A stretch of 64,000 nt of DNA from Aestuariivirga sp. (GCF_965227715.1 NZ_OZ245771.1:1246347-1310346); one strand, 5' to 3'; positions 37,184 to 47,421 are shown, numbered from the stretch's first letter. A program made the numbers and translations. The notes: generated by a model not told the origin, from the letters alone.

Positions 37184-37603
37184 ATGCGTCTTTTCCGGAC
37201 ATTGATTGTGCTTGGGGCGGCGGGCCTGTTCCTGCCCTCCCCGCCGGAGGATCCTTCGGCCACGGGGGAAGACACTGCAGGTCCCTCCACCTTCGAAGTG
37301 ATCTCGTCTGCAGGATCTGCGGCGTCCGATGCCTGGTCCTTCTGCAGCCGCCAGCCGGAGGTGTGCGGCGTTGCGGCCTATTTGGGCGGCAAGCTCGAGG
37401 CCAAGGCGCTCTATTCCGCAAGCCTTCTGTGGGGTTGGACGTTTGAAGACACGCCAGAACCGCCTGCTGCTCACGTGCAAGGGCCTTTTGCCGCCCTCAC
37501 CGTTTCGGGCCCGGTGCCGGATCCGCCTGGGGGTCCGCCCCAGGGCCAGTCCACATTGCAACTCGATGACCTCATCGCGCCATGGCGGCGGCCCCTCGAG
37601 TGA
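37184..37603 (+). CDS. DUF5330-like protein
   Basis: N-terminal TM LFLPSP, FCSRQPEVC, QSTLQLDDLIAPWR. Confidence 0.75.
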   Translation: MRLFRTLIVLGAAGLFLPSPPEDPSATGEDTAGPSTFEVISSAGSAASDAWSFCSRQPEVCGVAAYLGGKLEAKALYSASLLWGWTFEDTPEPPAAHVQGPFAALTVSGPVPDPPGGPPQGQSTLQLDDLIAPWRRPLE

Positions 37604-37675
37604 CAAGATGGTTGAGATTGGGGCTTTCGGGGCCTATCTCACACGCGGCGCCAGGCCAAACATGAAAGCTCCAAC

Positions 37676-38122
37676 GTGACAGCCATCGACGATCTCCTCG
37701 CCGACTTCGAAATCCTCGACGACTGGGAGGATCGCTACCGCCATGTGATCGAACTCGGCCGTGACCTGCCCGCATTGCCGGACACAGACCATGCGCCAGG
37801 GAACAAGGTGAAAGGCTGCGCCAGCCAGGTGTGGATCACCTCTGCGGTTGATGACGCGTCCGGAGAGCCGGTGCTGACCTTTCAGGGGGACAGTGACGCC
37901 CTGATCGTCAAGGGCCTGATCGCCATCGCCTTCATGATCTATTCGGGCAAGACCGCACAGCAGATCCTGAGCACCGACGCAGGTGAGGTTCTGGGCAGGC
38001 TCGGCTTGTCCGGCCATCTCACCCAGCAGCGGTCCAACGGCTTCGCCTCGATGATCCAGCGCATCAAGTCCGATGCGCAGACGGCGCTTCACGCTGAGCC
38101 CCCGCGGTTTGAAAGCCCATAG
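37676..38122 (+). CDS. sufE: SufE-family Fe-S cluster assembly protein
   Basis: DDWEDRYRHVIELG, VKGCASQVW, GDSDALIVKGL, LTQQRSNG. Confidence 0.92.
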   Translation: MTAIDDLLADFEILDDWEDRYRHVIELGRDLPALPDTDHAPGNKVKGCASQVWITSAVDDASGEPVLTFQGDSDALIVKGLIAIAFMIYSGKTAQQILSTDAGEVLGRLGLSGHLTQQRSNGFASMIQRIKSDAQTALHAEPPRFESP

Positions 38123-38589
38123 TGCCGGGCGAGCGCCGTGAGCGCCAGGCCAAGCACGGCGCGGCCGCTGCGCTGCGGCAGGTTGAGCAGGCGCTCCGCC
38201 TGTTCCATTCCGGCGGAGAGGCAGCATACCTGGGTGAGGATGGAGCCCAGTTCGGGCCCGACTGCTTCCAGCGCCTTCATGTAGCGTTCCCGCGCCGCCA
38301 GTGCGGCGTCACTCATCTCGGCTGCGGTGTTGCCGCCGGCGGTGGCCATGCCCCAATTGGTGGTGATGCGCCGTTGCAGCATGGAGCGTTCGAAATCGTT
38401 GCGCAGCCGCTCGCCCGCGAGGAACTGCACCTCGCTGATCATCGCTGCGCCGTCTTTTCCACGCCTGGCGCGCAGCCAGGCGAGCGGGCTTTCGCCCTCA
38501 TTGATGGTAAGTTTCGCCTGCGGCCCTGCATCGGGCCTGGGCGGGCGATGTTCTGACAGGGAGGCGAACTTCCCGGGTATGTCACGCAT
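38089..38589 (-). CDS. DUF6456-like protein
   Basis: INEGESPLAWL, AGERLRNDF, ERLLNLPQRSGRAVLGLALTALARHYG. Confidence 0.8.
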   Translation of the reverse strand: MRDIPGKFASLSEHRPPRPDAGPQAKLTINEGESPLAWLRARRGKDGAAMISEVQFLAGERLRNDFERSMLQRRITTNWGMATAGGNTAAEMSDAALAARERYMKALEAVGPELGSILTQVCCLSAGMEQAERLLNLPQRSGRAVLGLALTALARHYGLSNRGGSA

Positions 38590-38623
38590 GAATACTCTCC
38601 TAACCGCCCCTGAAGCTAGGTGA

Positions 38624-38638
38624 GAACAAAACAGGAAT
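38624..38638 (-). promoter_or_regulatory. Candidate alphaproteobacterial LexA (SOS) box upstream of the DUF6456 gene
   Basis: GAAC-AAAACAG-GAAT, one mismatch to GAAC-N7-GAAC; about 35 bp upstream of the start. Confidence 0.5.
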
Positions 38639-38752
38639 CAATACCTGAATATGGTTAACAGACTTAAGAGCAGTTGCAGAAGATTGCAGTGCGCGATTGG
38701 CAGTCGGCTGCCTGGAGCCTCGCGCTTTCAAACGCATCCATGCTGCGGTCCA

Positions 38753-38772
38753 CTCCCCACAAGGTGAGGGAA
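38753..38772 (-). repeat. Degenerate REP-like element (CCCTCCCCCTTGTGGGGAG type)
   Basis: Minus strand TTCCCTCACCTTGTGGGGAG, similar to 58362-58388. Confidence 0.4.
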
Positions 38773-38805
38773 ACGAAATCCGATTCCAAATGCCCCCCCG
38801 ATGCT

Positions 38806-39306
38806 CTAACCCGCGCTCGCCTGGCGCTGTTCGTCCTCAAGGCCCGAGAGGAAATAGTCGAGGCCGAGGATCATGCAGACGGAACCTTCGGGGCCAGCCA
38901 GGGGCAGGCGCATCCAGTACTGTACGAGATGTTCCTTGTTCACCCGGGGGCCACGCACGATGCCCTGGGTGGGCTTTCCATCCGCCGCCGTGTGGCGGTA
39001 GGCCGTCATCCAGTATTCGCGCTTGGGGCCCAAGTCGAGATCCTCGATCTTGAGGCCGGTGATTTCCCGGTCGAAGACGTCACGCAGGCGGGTTCCCGCC
39101 AGGCGCACCTTGGAGTGTTCCAGCTGGCCGCCCACGTCGATCAGGCTCACGAAGGGCAGGAGGCGCGGGATGTCTGCGGGGTTGATGTCGGCGCGTGTCG
39201 GCATCACCCTGCCCTCGCCGCGCGCGAGCCAGTAATCATATAGCTGACGTTGCTCCGGCACCACGAGCTGTGCCCTGAACGCTATGTTGACGGACCCCAT
39301 AGCCAA
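38806..39306 (-). CDS. Stand-alone PAS-domain protein (PAS_5-like)
   Basis: LYDYW......MP.RADINPADIPRLLPFVSLIDV...RLAGTRL, RLPL motifs. Confidence 0.82.
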   Translation of the reverse strand: MAMGSVNIAFRAQLVVPEQRQLYDYWLARGEGRVMPTRADINPADIPRLLPFVSLIDVGGQLEHSKVRLAGTRLRDVFDREITGLKIEDLDLGPKREYWMTAYRHTAADGKPTQGIVRGPRVNKEHLVQYWMRLPLAGPEGSVCMILGLDYFLSGLEDEQRQASAG

Positions 39307-39408
39307 CGCCGCCCTTTTCCCGAATCAATGCCCCAACCGATGAGTTGTTTATGAATCCTGAACGGCTGATCCGCAAGAGTCAGCACTGTCAAAAATTATT
39401 TGTTCGAC

Positions 39409-39810
39409 TTAGCGGCTGCGCTTCTGGCCAAGCCCCATGTTCTTGGCGAGCTTGGAACGCGAGTTGGCATAGTTTGGCGCAACCATGGGATAATCCGGGG
39501 GAAGGCCCCATTTCTCACGGTATTGATCGGGCGTCAGGCTGAAATGCGTGCGCAGATGGCGCTTCAGGGACTTGAACTTCTTTCCGTCCTCGAGGCAGAT
39601 CAAATAGTCCGGCGTTATCGATTTCTTGATAGAGACGGCGGGCTTGGGCTCAGGAGGATCGCTGGGGACGGCCGGTGTGGCCGCCTGCTCAAGCGCGCGG
39701 TGCACTTCCTTGATAAGCTTCGGCAGTTCGGCCTGCTCCACGGTGTTGCGGCCGACGTAGGCTGCCACGATCTGGCTTGCCAGTTCGATCAGCGGTGTTT
39801 TCATGTCCAT
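39409..39810 (-). CDS. mucR: MucR/Ros zinc-finger transcriptional regulator
   Basis: LASQIVAAYV, PAVSIKKSITPDYLICLEDGKKFKSLKRHL, YREKWGLP.DYPMVAPNY. Confidence 0.95.
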   Translation of the reverse strand: MDMKTPLIELASQIVAAYVGRNTVEQAELPKLIKEVHRALEQAATPAVPSDPPEPKPAVSIKKSITPDYLICLEDGKKFKSLKRHLRTHFSLTPDQYREKWGLPPDYPMVAPNYANSRSKLAKNMGLGQKRSR

Positions 39811-39881
39811 GGGTGCGGGGGCCTTCCTCAACGCAACTGCGGCCCATTGTTTAAGGGAGAGCACCTGCTTCAACAAGCGAT

Positions 39882-41639
39882 TCAGGCAGGCGGCGCGTAA
39901 GGACCTTCCTTGCGCGTGGACCAGTTCCAATAAATCAGCAGCACACGGGCCTTGTTGTAGGAGAGCGCGTCGAACACCGCCTTCAACTCACTGCCAGCAC
40001 GCGTTGGGTTCACCAGGCCGGTTGAAGCGCGGACCATGTCCAGAACGCTTTCGAAGCGGCGGCGGCTGAGGCCCAGCGCCTTGAACAGGGCCACGATCGC
40101 TTCCCCCTCCTCATCTGCCAGGATGCGGCGCACGGTGCTTTCAGAAATTCCGGCGAGCCGGGCCAGGGCCGGTGCCGCAAGATCGAGCCTGCCCTTGAAC
40201 AGCGGGTCGAGCGCCTCATCGATCTCTTCCGTTGACGGCATGCTGTCTTCGGCCTCAGGCGCGGGGTTTGCCCCCACGGTGGCGGACGTTGCGATGGTCA
40301 GGATGCGATTGAGCGAGCTTGAATCGGACATGGAGCGGGTGAGGATGACGCGGCGGAGTTCGGGCGGCAGGCACCAGAACAGATCAAGCCCCACCGCAAG
40401 CGGAAGGTCTGCCCGGGTTGCGAGCGGTGGCTGCAGGGAGGTGTGATGAACCGCGAGGGTGGCAAGCCTTCGAAAAGCGTCGAAGGAAATCTGTGCCTCA
40501 TTGTTCCGCAAGAGTGCAATCAGTGTCAGCAGTTCAGCCGAGGCCACCAGATGATCGGACACGGCAGAAGACACGCCGCGCCGGCGGGCCAGCAGGATGA
40601 GCCACTCAGGACCCGCAAGGGATGTTGCCGCGATCATGTCATCATCGCGCAGATTGGGGCAACGCTCGAGAATGACGCCGGCAATTTCTGGCCGGGCATC
40701 CTGAAGCAGGCGTGAGACCAGAAGTGCCGGGGGCTGCGCCATGCCGGACACCCGCTCTGCCAGGGTCGCAAGCTGCTTGTCCCGCAGATGAGGCAGAAGC
40801 AGCAGCAGCGTGTCTCCGGCAAGGGCCTTCTCGTTCAGCGGCAGGTCCACCGCGCCCCAAATGGTCTCGAGCAGAAGATTGGCAGCCTCTTCCTGCGGGG
40901 TGAGAACGGGCTGGCCCCGCTTTGTTGCAGCCTGTGGCGTCTCCGCAGGCTCCTTCGGCCGCTCAGCCTTCCGGAGCCTCACCGGCTCCCGGGGTTTTTC
41001 GCTCTCGCGCGAGGTTTCCAGCTTCCGGGCCGTCTCTCTCTCCTGGGCGATTTCCTGGTCCCGGGAGATCTCGAGTGCCCGGGCTCTCTCCCGCTCTTGG
41101 GCGATCTGCTGTTCGAGGGCCTTTTCCCGCTCACGCGCCCTTTCCAGCTCGCGGGATAGTTCCAGTTCGCGGGCCAGGTCCCGCTCACGGTCTCTTTCAC
41201 GCTCGCGCTCGCTCTCAATCTCTTGGGCGATTTCCGGTTCGCGGGAAATCTCGAGCTCACGGGATATTTCCAGCTCACGGGATACTTCCAGCTCACGGGA
41301 GATTTCCAGCGCTGCGCCGGAACTTGCGGAGTCTTCAATCGGGCTGAGTTCTGTGGCCTCGGCCACAACAGGGGGCTCTGCGGGTTGCGCCACCTCTGTA
41401 ATGTCTGGCAGTTCGATTACTAATTGGGGGGCTCGAATGTCCGCAAGCTGGGGCGGGGCCGGCGGGGGTGCCTCAGGCTCGGCCGGGGGCAGGCCCTTGA
41501 GGCGAAGGGCGAGCAGACGGAACGCATCCGCTGTGCCGCGGGCAGACGAGGGCGGGGGATTCTCGGGCGACAGCTTCCCTTCACCGGAACTCGTGGTACT
41601 GCCTAGGCACATGGCTGAACGGAATACATCCTGTTGCAA
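39882..41639 (-). CDS. DUF2336-domain protein with a long charged repeat N-terminal region
   Basis: C-terminal DUF2336-like region (EIAGVILERCPNL, LARRRGVS.AV, LLRNNEAQIS); start uncertain (TTG 41639 or ATG 41612). Confidence 0.8.
   Translation of the reverse strand: MQQDVFRSAMCLGSTTSSGEGKLSPENPPPSSARGTADAFRLLALRLKGLPPAEPEAPPPAPPQLADIRAPQLVIELPDITEVAQPAEPPVVAEATELSPIEDSASSGAALEISRELEVSRELEISRELEISREPEIAQEIESERERERDRERDLARELELSRELERAREREKALEQQIAQERERARALEISRDQEIAQERETARKLETSRESEKPREPVRLRKAERPKEPAETPQAATKRGQPVLTPQEEAANLLLETIWGAVDLPLNEKALAGDTLLLLLPHLRDKQLATLAERVSGMAQPPALLVSRLLQDARPEIAGVILERCPNLRDDDMIAATSLAGPEWLILLARRRGVSSAVSDHLVASAELLTLIALLRNNEAQISFDAFRRLATLAVHHTSLQPPLATRADLPLAVGLDLFWCLPPELRRVILTRSMSDSSSLNRILTIATSATVGANPAPEAEDSMPSTEEIDEALDPLFKGRLDLAAPALARLAGISESTVRRILADEEGEAIVALFKALGLSRRRFESVLDMVRASTGLVNPTRAGSELKAVFDALSYNKARVLLIYWNWSTRKEGPYAPPA
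41243..41310 (-). repeat. In-frame 18-bp tandem repeat (about 3.8 units) encoding (L)E(I/V)SRE
   Basis: gggaaatctcgagctcac / gggatatttccagctcac / gggatacttccagctcac / gggagatttccagc. Confidence 0.85.
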
Positions 41640-41821
41640 GTCATCCAGAGATCACGGAACTCTGACGTTTTGATTAAAACTTTAGGTTTCAGATTGAAAT
41701 TTCGAATGTAGCGCGCTGCTGATATTAATCAATCCCTTCACGTCCCCGTCAGCGGGGGCCGCCGCCGCTTCACTTTTGACGCCCGATGCCCCACATTATG
41801 GCGCAGAAAGAGAGTTCCACG

Positions 41822-42223
41822 ATGACCAAGATCGAGAAGTCCGACGCCGAATGGCGCCAAAGCCTGTCCCCCGAGGCCTACCGCGTGCTGCGCGAACACG
41901 GAACCGAGCGGGCCGGAACGAGCCCGCTGGACCGCGAAAAGCGCCAGGGCGTGTTCACCTGCGCGGGCTGCGGCAAGGAGCTGTTCGCATCCGATGCAAA
42001 ATTCGATTCCGGCACCGGCTGGCCCAGCTTCTTCACCCCCATCAGCGAAGATGCAGTGGGCACCACGGAAGACCGCTCCTGGTTCATGCGCCGCACGGAA
42101 GTCCACTGCGCAGACTGCAACGGCCATCTGGGCCATGTCTTCCCCGATGGGCCCAAACCCACGGGGCTGCGCTACTGCATGAACGGGGCCGCCATGGCCT
42201 TCAAGCCGGACGAAAAGGCCTAA
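41822..42223 (+). CDS. msrB: Peptide-methionine (R)-S-oxide reductase
   Basis: [47 protein letters not shown]. Confidence 0.97.
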   Translation: MTKIEKSDAEWRQSLSPEAYRVLREHGTERAGTSPLDREKRQGVFTCAGCGKELFASDAKFDSGTGWPSFFTPISEDAVGTTEDRSWFMRRTEVHCADCNGHLGHVFPDGPKPTGLRYCMNGAAMAFKPDEKA

Positions 42224-42224
42224 C

Positions 42225-44324
42225 ATGACCGCATCATCAGTGAAGCCCCCGCGGGTGGAAAAGCGCCCGCGGGTCGAGACCTGGCATGGCCATGAGAAGC
42301 GCGACGACTATCATTGGCTGAAGGCTGCGAACTGGCAGGAGGTGATGCATGACCCTGCCCAGCTGCCGCAGGACATCCGCGCGGTGCTCGATGGCGAGAA
42401 CGCCTATTTCGAAGCGGTCATGGCCGATACCAAGGCCTTGCAGGAAAAGCTGTTCCTGGAGCTCAAGGGCCGCATCAAGGAGGATGACTCCTCCGTTCCC
42501 GCGCCGGACGGGCCTTACGACTATTATTCCTCCTATGTGAAGGGCGGCCAGCACCCGCGCTATTGCCGGAAACCCCGCGGGCTCGAAGGCCCCGAGCAGA
42601 TGCTGCTCGACGGCAATGCGCTGGCCAAGGACCGCGATTACTTCCAGTTCGGCGGCATCGACCTGACGCCGGACCAGCGCCTTCTCGCCTGGTCCTTCGA
42701 TGGCAATGGCTCCGAGTTCTATGAGCTTCGCGTGCGCGAAGCCGGAACGGAGAAGGACCTCGCCGACATTCTCGAGAACACCGCGGGCGAAGCCACATGG
42801 GCCGCTGACGGCAAGAGCTTCTTCTATACGCTCCAGGACGAGAACCACCGGCCGCTCAAGACCTATCACCACCGCCTCGGCACCGCACAGTCCGATGACC
42901 GGCTCGTCTATGAGGAAAAGGACACGGGCAAATTCACCGGCGTGGCCAAGACCAATTCTGAGAAGTGGATCGTGATCGACATTCACGATCACGACACGTC
43001 CGAACTCTGGCTCATCGATGCGGCAAAGCCTGACGAGGCGCCGCGCCTGGTGGCGGCGCGCGAGGCCGGCATCGAATATGACATCGAACACCGGGGAGAG
43101 CAGTTCTTTATCCGCACCAATGAAGGCGGTGCCGAGGACTACAAGCTCGTCACCGCCCCGGTGAACGATCCGCGCAAGGAGAACTGGATCGACCTCGTTC
43201 CGCACCGGCCCGGCATCTTCATCGTGTCATATATCGTGCTGCAGGACTGGCTCATCCGCATGGAGCGGGAGAATGCCCTGCCGCGCATTGTGGTGCGCAG
43301 CCTTCTCACGGGCGAAGAGCATGCGATTGCCTTTGACGAAGAGGCCTATTCGCTGGGCTTTGGCGAAATGCGCGAATTCGAGACGGATACGCTGCGCTTC
43401 ACCTATTCGTCGCCGACGACGCCGGCGCAGGTCTATGATTACGACATGCGGAGCCGCACCCGCATCCTGCGCAAGCAGCAGGAGGTGCCGAGCGGGCATC
43501 ACCCTTCGCATTACGTGACCAGGCGGCTGTTCGCGCCCGCGCATGATGGCGAGACGATCCCCATCACGCTGCTCTATGCGCGGGATGCCAAGCTCGATGG
43601 CTCGGAACCGCTCTGGCTTTATGGCTATGGCTCCTACGGCATTTCGATGCCCGCGGGGTTCAACACCAATATCCTGTCACTGGTGGACCGTGGATTCATC
43701 TATGCCATCGCGCATATTCGCGGCGGCCAGGAGAAGGGCCGGCGCTGGTACACACATGGCAAGATGGAGCACAAGCAGAACAGCTTCCGTGATTTCATGT
43801 CCTGCGCGGAATTCCTGGTCAGCGAAGCCTACACCACCAAGGGCAATATCGTGGCCCAGGGCGGCAGTGCGGGCGGCATGCTGATGGGGGCCATCGCCAA
43901 CATGGCGCCCGAACTGTTCCGCGGCGTTGTGGCGGAGGTGCCCTTCGTCGATGTTCTCTCCACCATGCTAGATGACACGCTGCCGCTGACGCCGCCCGAA
44001 TGGCCCGAATGGGGAAACCCCATCGAGAGCAAGCAGGCCTATGAAAACATCATGGCCTATTCGCCCTATGACCGGGTGGAGGCGAAGGCCTATCCGAACA
44101 TCCTGGCCGTAGCGGGCCTCACGGACCCACGCGTCACCTATTGGGAGCCAGCGAAATGGGTGGCAAAGCTCCGTGAACTGAAGACTGACGATAACCTCCT
44201 CCTGCTCAAGACCAATATGGGTGCGGGCCATGGCGGTGCCTCGGGCCGCTTCGACCGGCTGAAGGAAGTGGCCTTCGTCTATGCCTTCGGGCTGAAGGTG
44301 ACGGGGCGGGCCGATGCTGGTTGA
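42225..44324 (+). CDS. ptrB: S9 family peptidase, oligopeptidase B (protease II)
   Basis: DDYHWL, HIRGG.E.G, GGSAGG catalytic Ser, DPRVTYWEPAKW, GHGG. Confidence 0.93.
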   Translation: MTASSVKPPRVEKRPRVETWHGHEKRDDYHWLKAANWQEVMHDPAQLPQDIRAVLDGENAYFEAVMADTKALQEKLFLELKGRIKEDDSSVPAPDGPYDYYSSYVKGGQHPRYCRKPRGLEGPEQMLLDGNALAKDRDYFQFGGIDLTPDQRLLAWSFDGNGSEFYELRVREAGTEKDLADILENTAGEATWAADGKSFFYTLQDENHRPLKTYHHRLGTAQSDDRLVYEEKDTGKFTGVAKTNSEKWIVIDIHDHDTSELWLIDAAKPDEAPRLVAAREAGIEYDIEHRGEQFFIRTNEGGAEDYKLVTAPVNDPRKENWIDLVPHRPGIFIVSYIVLQDWLIRMERENALPRIVVRSLLTGEEHAIAFDEEAYSLGFGEMREFETDTLRFTYSSPTTPAQVYDYDMRSRTRILRKQQEVPSGHHPSHYVTRRLFAPAHDGETIPITLLYARDAKLDGSEPLWLYGYGSYGISMPAGFNTNILSLVDRGFIYAIAHIRGGQEKGRRWYTHGKMEHKQNSFRDFMSCAEFLVSEAYTTKGNIVAQGGSAGGMLMGAIANMAPELFRGVVAEVPFVDVLSTMLDDTLPLTPPEWPEWGNPIESKQAYENIMAYSPYDRVEAKAYPNILAVAGLTDPRVTYWEPAKWVAKLRELKTDDNLLLLKTNMGAGHGGASGRFDRLKEVAFVYAFGLKVTGRADAG

Positions 44325-44865
44325 GGCGGCGAAGTCCACTCTCCTCCTCGTCGACATGCAGGAGCGGCTGCTGCCTGCGATGACAGGTGGCGCCGAGGTG
44401 GCAGAGCGCTGCGCCCTTCTCCTGAAGGCGGCACAGGCGCTGGATCTGCCCGTCACAGTCTCCGAGCAATATCCCAAGGGGCTGGGCCACAGCATTGCGG
44501 CCCTCAAGGACGAGTTCGGCGCTGCCCCGGTGTTCGAGAAGCTCGCCTTTTCCTGCTGGCGGGACAAGGCGATCAAGGACCATCTGATCGCCCATCACGA
44601 GGGTGGCCGGCCCCTGGTGATCCTGGCCGGCATCGAATCGCATGTTTGCGTGCTGCAGACGGCAGTGGACCTCGCCGCTGCCGGATTTGGCGTCTTCGCG
44701 GTGGCAGATGCCATGGCATCGCGCGCGCCGTCTTCCCACGCCCTGGCGCTGGACCGGATGCGGCAGAACGGCGTGGCAGTCGTCAACACAGAGATGGTGG
44801 TGTTCGAGCTTCTGGGGAAGGCCGGCACTTCGGCGTTCAAGTCCCTCTCGGCGCTTGTGCGGTGA
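44314..44865 (+). CDS. Isochorismatase-family hydrolase
   Basis: LLVDMQERL, SEQYPKGLG, EKLAFSC, GIESHVCVLQT. Confidence 0.9.
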   Translation: MLVEAAKSTLLLVDMQERLLPAMTGGAEVAERCALLLKAAQALDLPVTVSEQYPKGLGHSIAALKDEFGAAPVFEKLAFSCWRDKAIKDHLIAHHEGGRPLVILAGIESHVCVLQTAVDLAAAGFGVFAVADAMASRAPSSHALALDRMRQNGVAVVNTEMVVFELLGKAGTSAFKSLSALVR

Positions 44866-44945
44866 GCGCAGGGAACCCTGTCATTTCGCCGAATTGACAA
44901 TTGCGCCGGGCGTTGCTCTCTAGGCTCAAATCCAAGGAGTGTTTC

Positions 44946-46124
44946 ATGGCCGCTGCCGAATTCAACTGGGAAGACCCGCTGGACCTCGAATCCCAGCTCA
45001 CCGAAGAAGAGCGGATGATCCGCGATGCCGCGCGCGCCTTCGCCCAGGACAAGCTGCAGCCGCGGGTGAAATCCGCCTTCCGCGAGGAACGCTTCGACCG
45101 CGAGATCATGAATGAAATGGGGGAAATGGGTTTCCTCGGCGTCATGACCTCGGCCGACTATGGCGGCTCCGGCCTCGGCTACGTGGCTTATGGCCTGGTG
45201 GCGCGCGAGGTGGAGCGGGTCGATTCCGGCTACCGCTCCGCCATGAGCGTTCAGAACTCACTGGTGATGCATCCGATCGAGGCCTATGGCTCGGAAGAGC
45301 AGAAGAAGAAATATCTGCCCAAGCTCGCCACCGGCGAATGGGTGGGCTGCTTCGGCCTGACGGAGCCTGACGCGGGCTCGGACCCTGGCGGCATGAAGAC
45401 CCGCGCCAGGAAGGTTGACGGCGGCTATGTGCTGAACGGCGCCAAGATGTGGATTTCGAATTCCCCCATTGCCGATGTGGCAGTGGTCTGGGGTAAGACC
45501 GAGGATGGCGTGATCCGCGGATTCATCGTCGAGCGCGGCATGAAGGGATTCTCGACCCCCGTGATCGAGGGCAAGATTTCGCTGCGCGCGTCAATCACCG
45601 GCGAGATCGTTCTTGAGAATGTGGAGGTGCCCGACAGCGCCTTGCTGCCCAATGCCAAGGGCCTGGGCGGCCCCTTCGGCTGCCTCAACAAGGCGCGCTA
45701 TGGCATTGCCTGGGGTGTGATGGGTGCGGCGGAAGATTGCTGGCACCGCGCCCGGCAATACACGCTGGACCGCAAGCAGTTCGGCAAGCCGCTGGCCGCC
45801 AACCAGCTGGTGCAGAAGAAGCTTGCGGACATGCAGACGGAAATCGCACTGGGCCTTCAGGGCTGCCTGGCCTTGGGCCGCGGGCTGGAGCGCGGTACCA
45901 TTGCGCCCCCTGCCATTTCGCTGATGAAGCGCAACAATTGCGGCAAGGCGCTGGATATCGCCCGCATGGCGCGGGACATGCACGGCGGCAACGGCATCTC
46001 GGAAGAATATCACGTGATCCGCCACATGGTGAACCTCGAGACGGTGAACACCTATGAAGGCACGCATGACGTTCATGCGCTGATTTTGGGCCGCGCCCAG
46101 ACCGGCCTTCAGGCCTTCCAGTGA
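44946..46124 (+). CDS. gcdH: Glutaryl-CoA dehydrogenase (acyl-CoA dehydrogenase family)
   Basis: [51 protein letters not shown]. Confidence 0.92.
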   Translation: MAAAEFNWEDPLDLESQLTEEERMIRDAARAFAQDKLQPRVKSAFREERFDREIMNEMGEMGFLGVMTSADYGGSGLGYVAYGLVAREVERVDSGYRSAMSVQNSLVMHPIEAYGSEEQKKKYLPKLATGEWVGCFGLTEPDAGSDPGGMKTRARKVDGGYVLNGAKMWISNSPIADVAVVWGKTEDGVIRGFIVERGMKGFSTPVIEGKISLRASITGEIVLENVEVPDSALLPNAKGLGGPFGCLNKARYGIAWGVMGAAEDCWHRARQYTLDRKQFGKPLAANQLVQKKLADMQTEIALGLQGCLALGRGLERGTIAPPAISLMKRNNCGKALDIARMARDMHGGNGISEEYHVIRHMVNLETVNTYEGTHDVHALILGRAQTGLQAFQ

Positions 46125-46585
46125 GCACCATCCTCATCACCATCGCCGATCCTGCCCATCAGCCGGTGAAGGCGATGGTGGAGGAACTCGACCAGTATCT
46201 GCTGCCGCTCTACCCCGCGGAGAGCAATCACCTGCTCGACATCGAAACGCTGCGCCAGCCAGAGATGCGGTTTTTCGCGGCGTTCCGCGGCGAGGACGTG
46301 ATCGCAATCGGCGGCTGCTGGCTGCATGACGGCTATGCAGAGGTGAAGCGCATCTATGTCACACCCGCGGCACGCGGCCTGGGCCTTGCCAAGCAGATCA
46401 TGCAGCGGATCGAGGAGGAGGCGATCATCAGTGGGCGGATGATCGCGCGGCTGGAGACCGGCATTCACCAGCCGGAGTCGCTGGGGCTTTACCGGCGGCT
46501 CGGCTTTGTGGAGTGCGGCGCCTTCGGAGATTATCCGGCGGATGACCCCAACAGCGTGTTCATGGAGAAGCGGCTGGGGCCTTAG
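46121..46585 (+). CDS. GNAT-family N-acetyltransferase
   Basis: [41 protein letters not shown]. Confidence 0.9.
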   Translation: MSTILITIADPAHQPVKAMVEELDQYLLPLYPAESNHLLDIETLRQPEMRFFAAFRGEDVIAIGGCWLHDGYAEVKRIYVTPAARGLGLAKQIMQRIEEEAIISGRMIARLETGIHQPESLGLYRRLGFVECGAFGDYPADDPNSVFMEKRLGP

Positions 46586-46594
46586 CCTCCGTCA

Positions 46595-47332
46595 TTATGC
46601 CTTGGGCTGGAAGATCACATAGATCTTGCGCAAATAGCCTTCGGACTTCCAGCTGTTGGGCGTGCCCAGCGGCACAAAGAAGGTGTCGCCGGCCTTGAAG
46701 TGCTGGGCGTTGCCCTGATCGTCTTTGAAGCTGACGGCGCCTTCCAGCAGATGCATCAGCTCATGGCGGGGGAAGTCGATCAGCTTGCGGTGATAGCCCG
46801 TCGTGTCCCACACGCCGATGTTCAGCTGGCCGGTCGCATCCGCGAAATACTGATGCGTGTGCTGCGTGGGCACCTCCGACAGGAGCATGTCTCGCGCCGG
46901 TGGCGTTGAGGGTGCGAGTGCCACGGCAGGATCGATCTTGATCGTGTGCAGCGGGCCTTCATTGGCGAGGCCTGAGGCATCCTCGAAGATCACGAAGAAT
47001 TTCCGCACATGGCCGGGTTGCGTCCAGCGGCAATGCAGGCCCTTGGGGATGATGAAGCTTTCGCCCGCCTTGATGGAAGTGCTGCGGTCCTTCTCCACAA
47101 TCACCACTTCGCCTTCGAGAACGGTCATGAATTCATTGACCGGATAGTCGATCCAGCGGCTTTCGTTCGCGCCCTGTTCCCAAACACCTGCGGTGAGGCC
47201 CTTTTCCTTGTCCTCGAACAGGGTCAGGCCATTGTGCTTCGATGTGCCCGAAATGATCTCGCCTTCCGGGAAATCCTCCCATGGTGCAAGCGTTGCGTGC
47301 GCGTCGAATGTGATGATGTGTGGTTTTGGCAT
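46595..47332 (-). CDS. Tandem cupin (Cupin_3/EutQ-like) protein
   Basis: Two repeats: GVW..YPVNEFMTVLEGEV and GVW..FPRHELMHLLEGAV. Confidence 0.85.
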   Translation of the reverse strand: MPKPHIITFDAHATLAPWEDFPEGEIISGTSKHNGLTLFEDKEKGLTAGVWEQGANESRWIDYPVNEFMTVLEGEVVIVEKDRSTSIKAGESFIIPKGLHCRWTQPGHVRKFFVIFEDASGLANEGPLHTIKIDPAVALAPSTPPARDMLLSEVPTQHTHQYFADATGQLNIGVWDTTGYHRKLIDFPRHELMHLLEGAVSFKDDQGNAQHFKAGDTFFVPLGTPNSWKSEGYLRKIYVIFQPKA

Positions 47333-47366
47333 GTCGTTCCTCCGGTGGCGATCCTAGCGGGGTTCC

Positions 47367-47395
47367 TTGCACGTTCAAGCGGCACGGACTAGATA
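47367..47395 (+). promoter_or_regulatory. Sigma70-like promoter of sodB
   Basis: TTGCAC-N17-TAGATA; GGAGG SD downstream. Confidence 0.5.
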
Positions 47396-47421
47396 AGGCC
47401 CTCAACACGGAGGAACGAACG

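Noticed and set aside
38670-38805. Remnant of a DnaA-C-like HTH gene upstream of DUF6456
   Set aside because: Only a weak SIGGAFG resemblance; the remaining translations do not fit
41243-41310. 18-bp tandem units as iterons or a CRISPR
   Set aside because: No spacers, the length is a multiple of three, and they are in frame within a CDS
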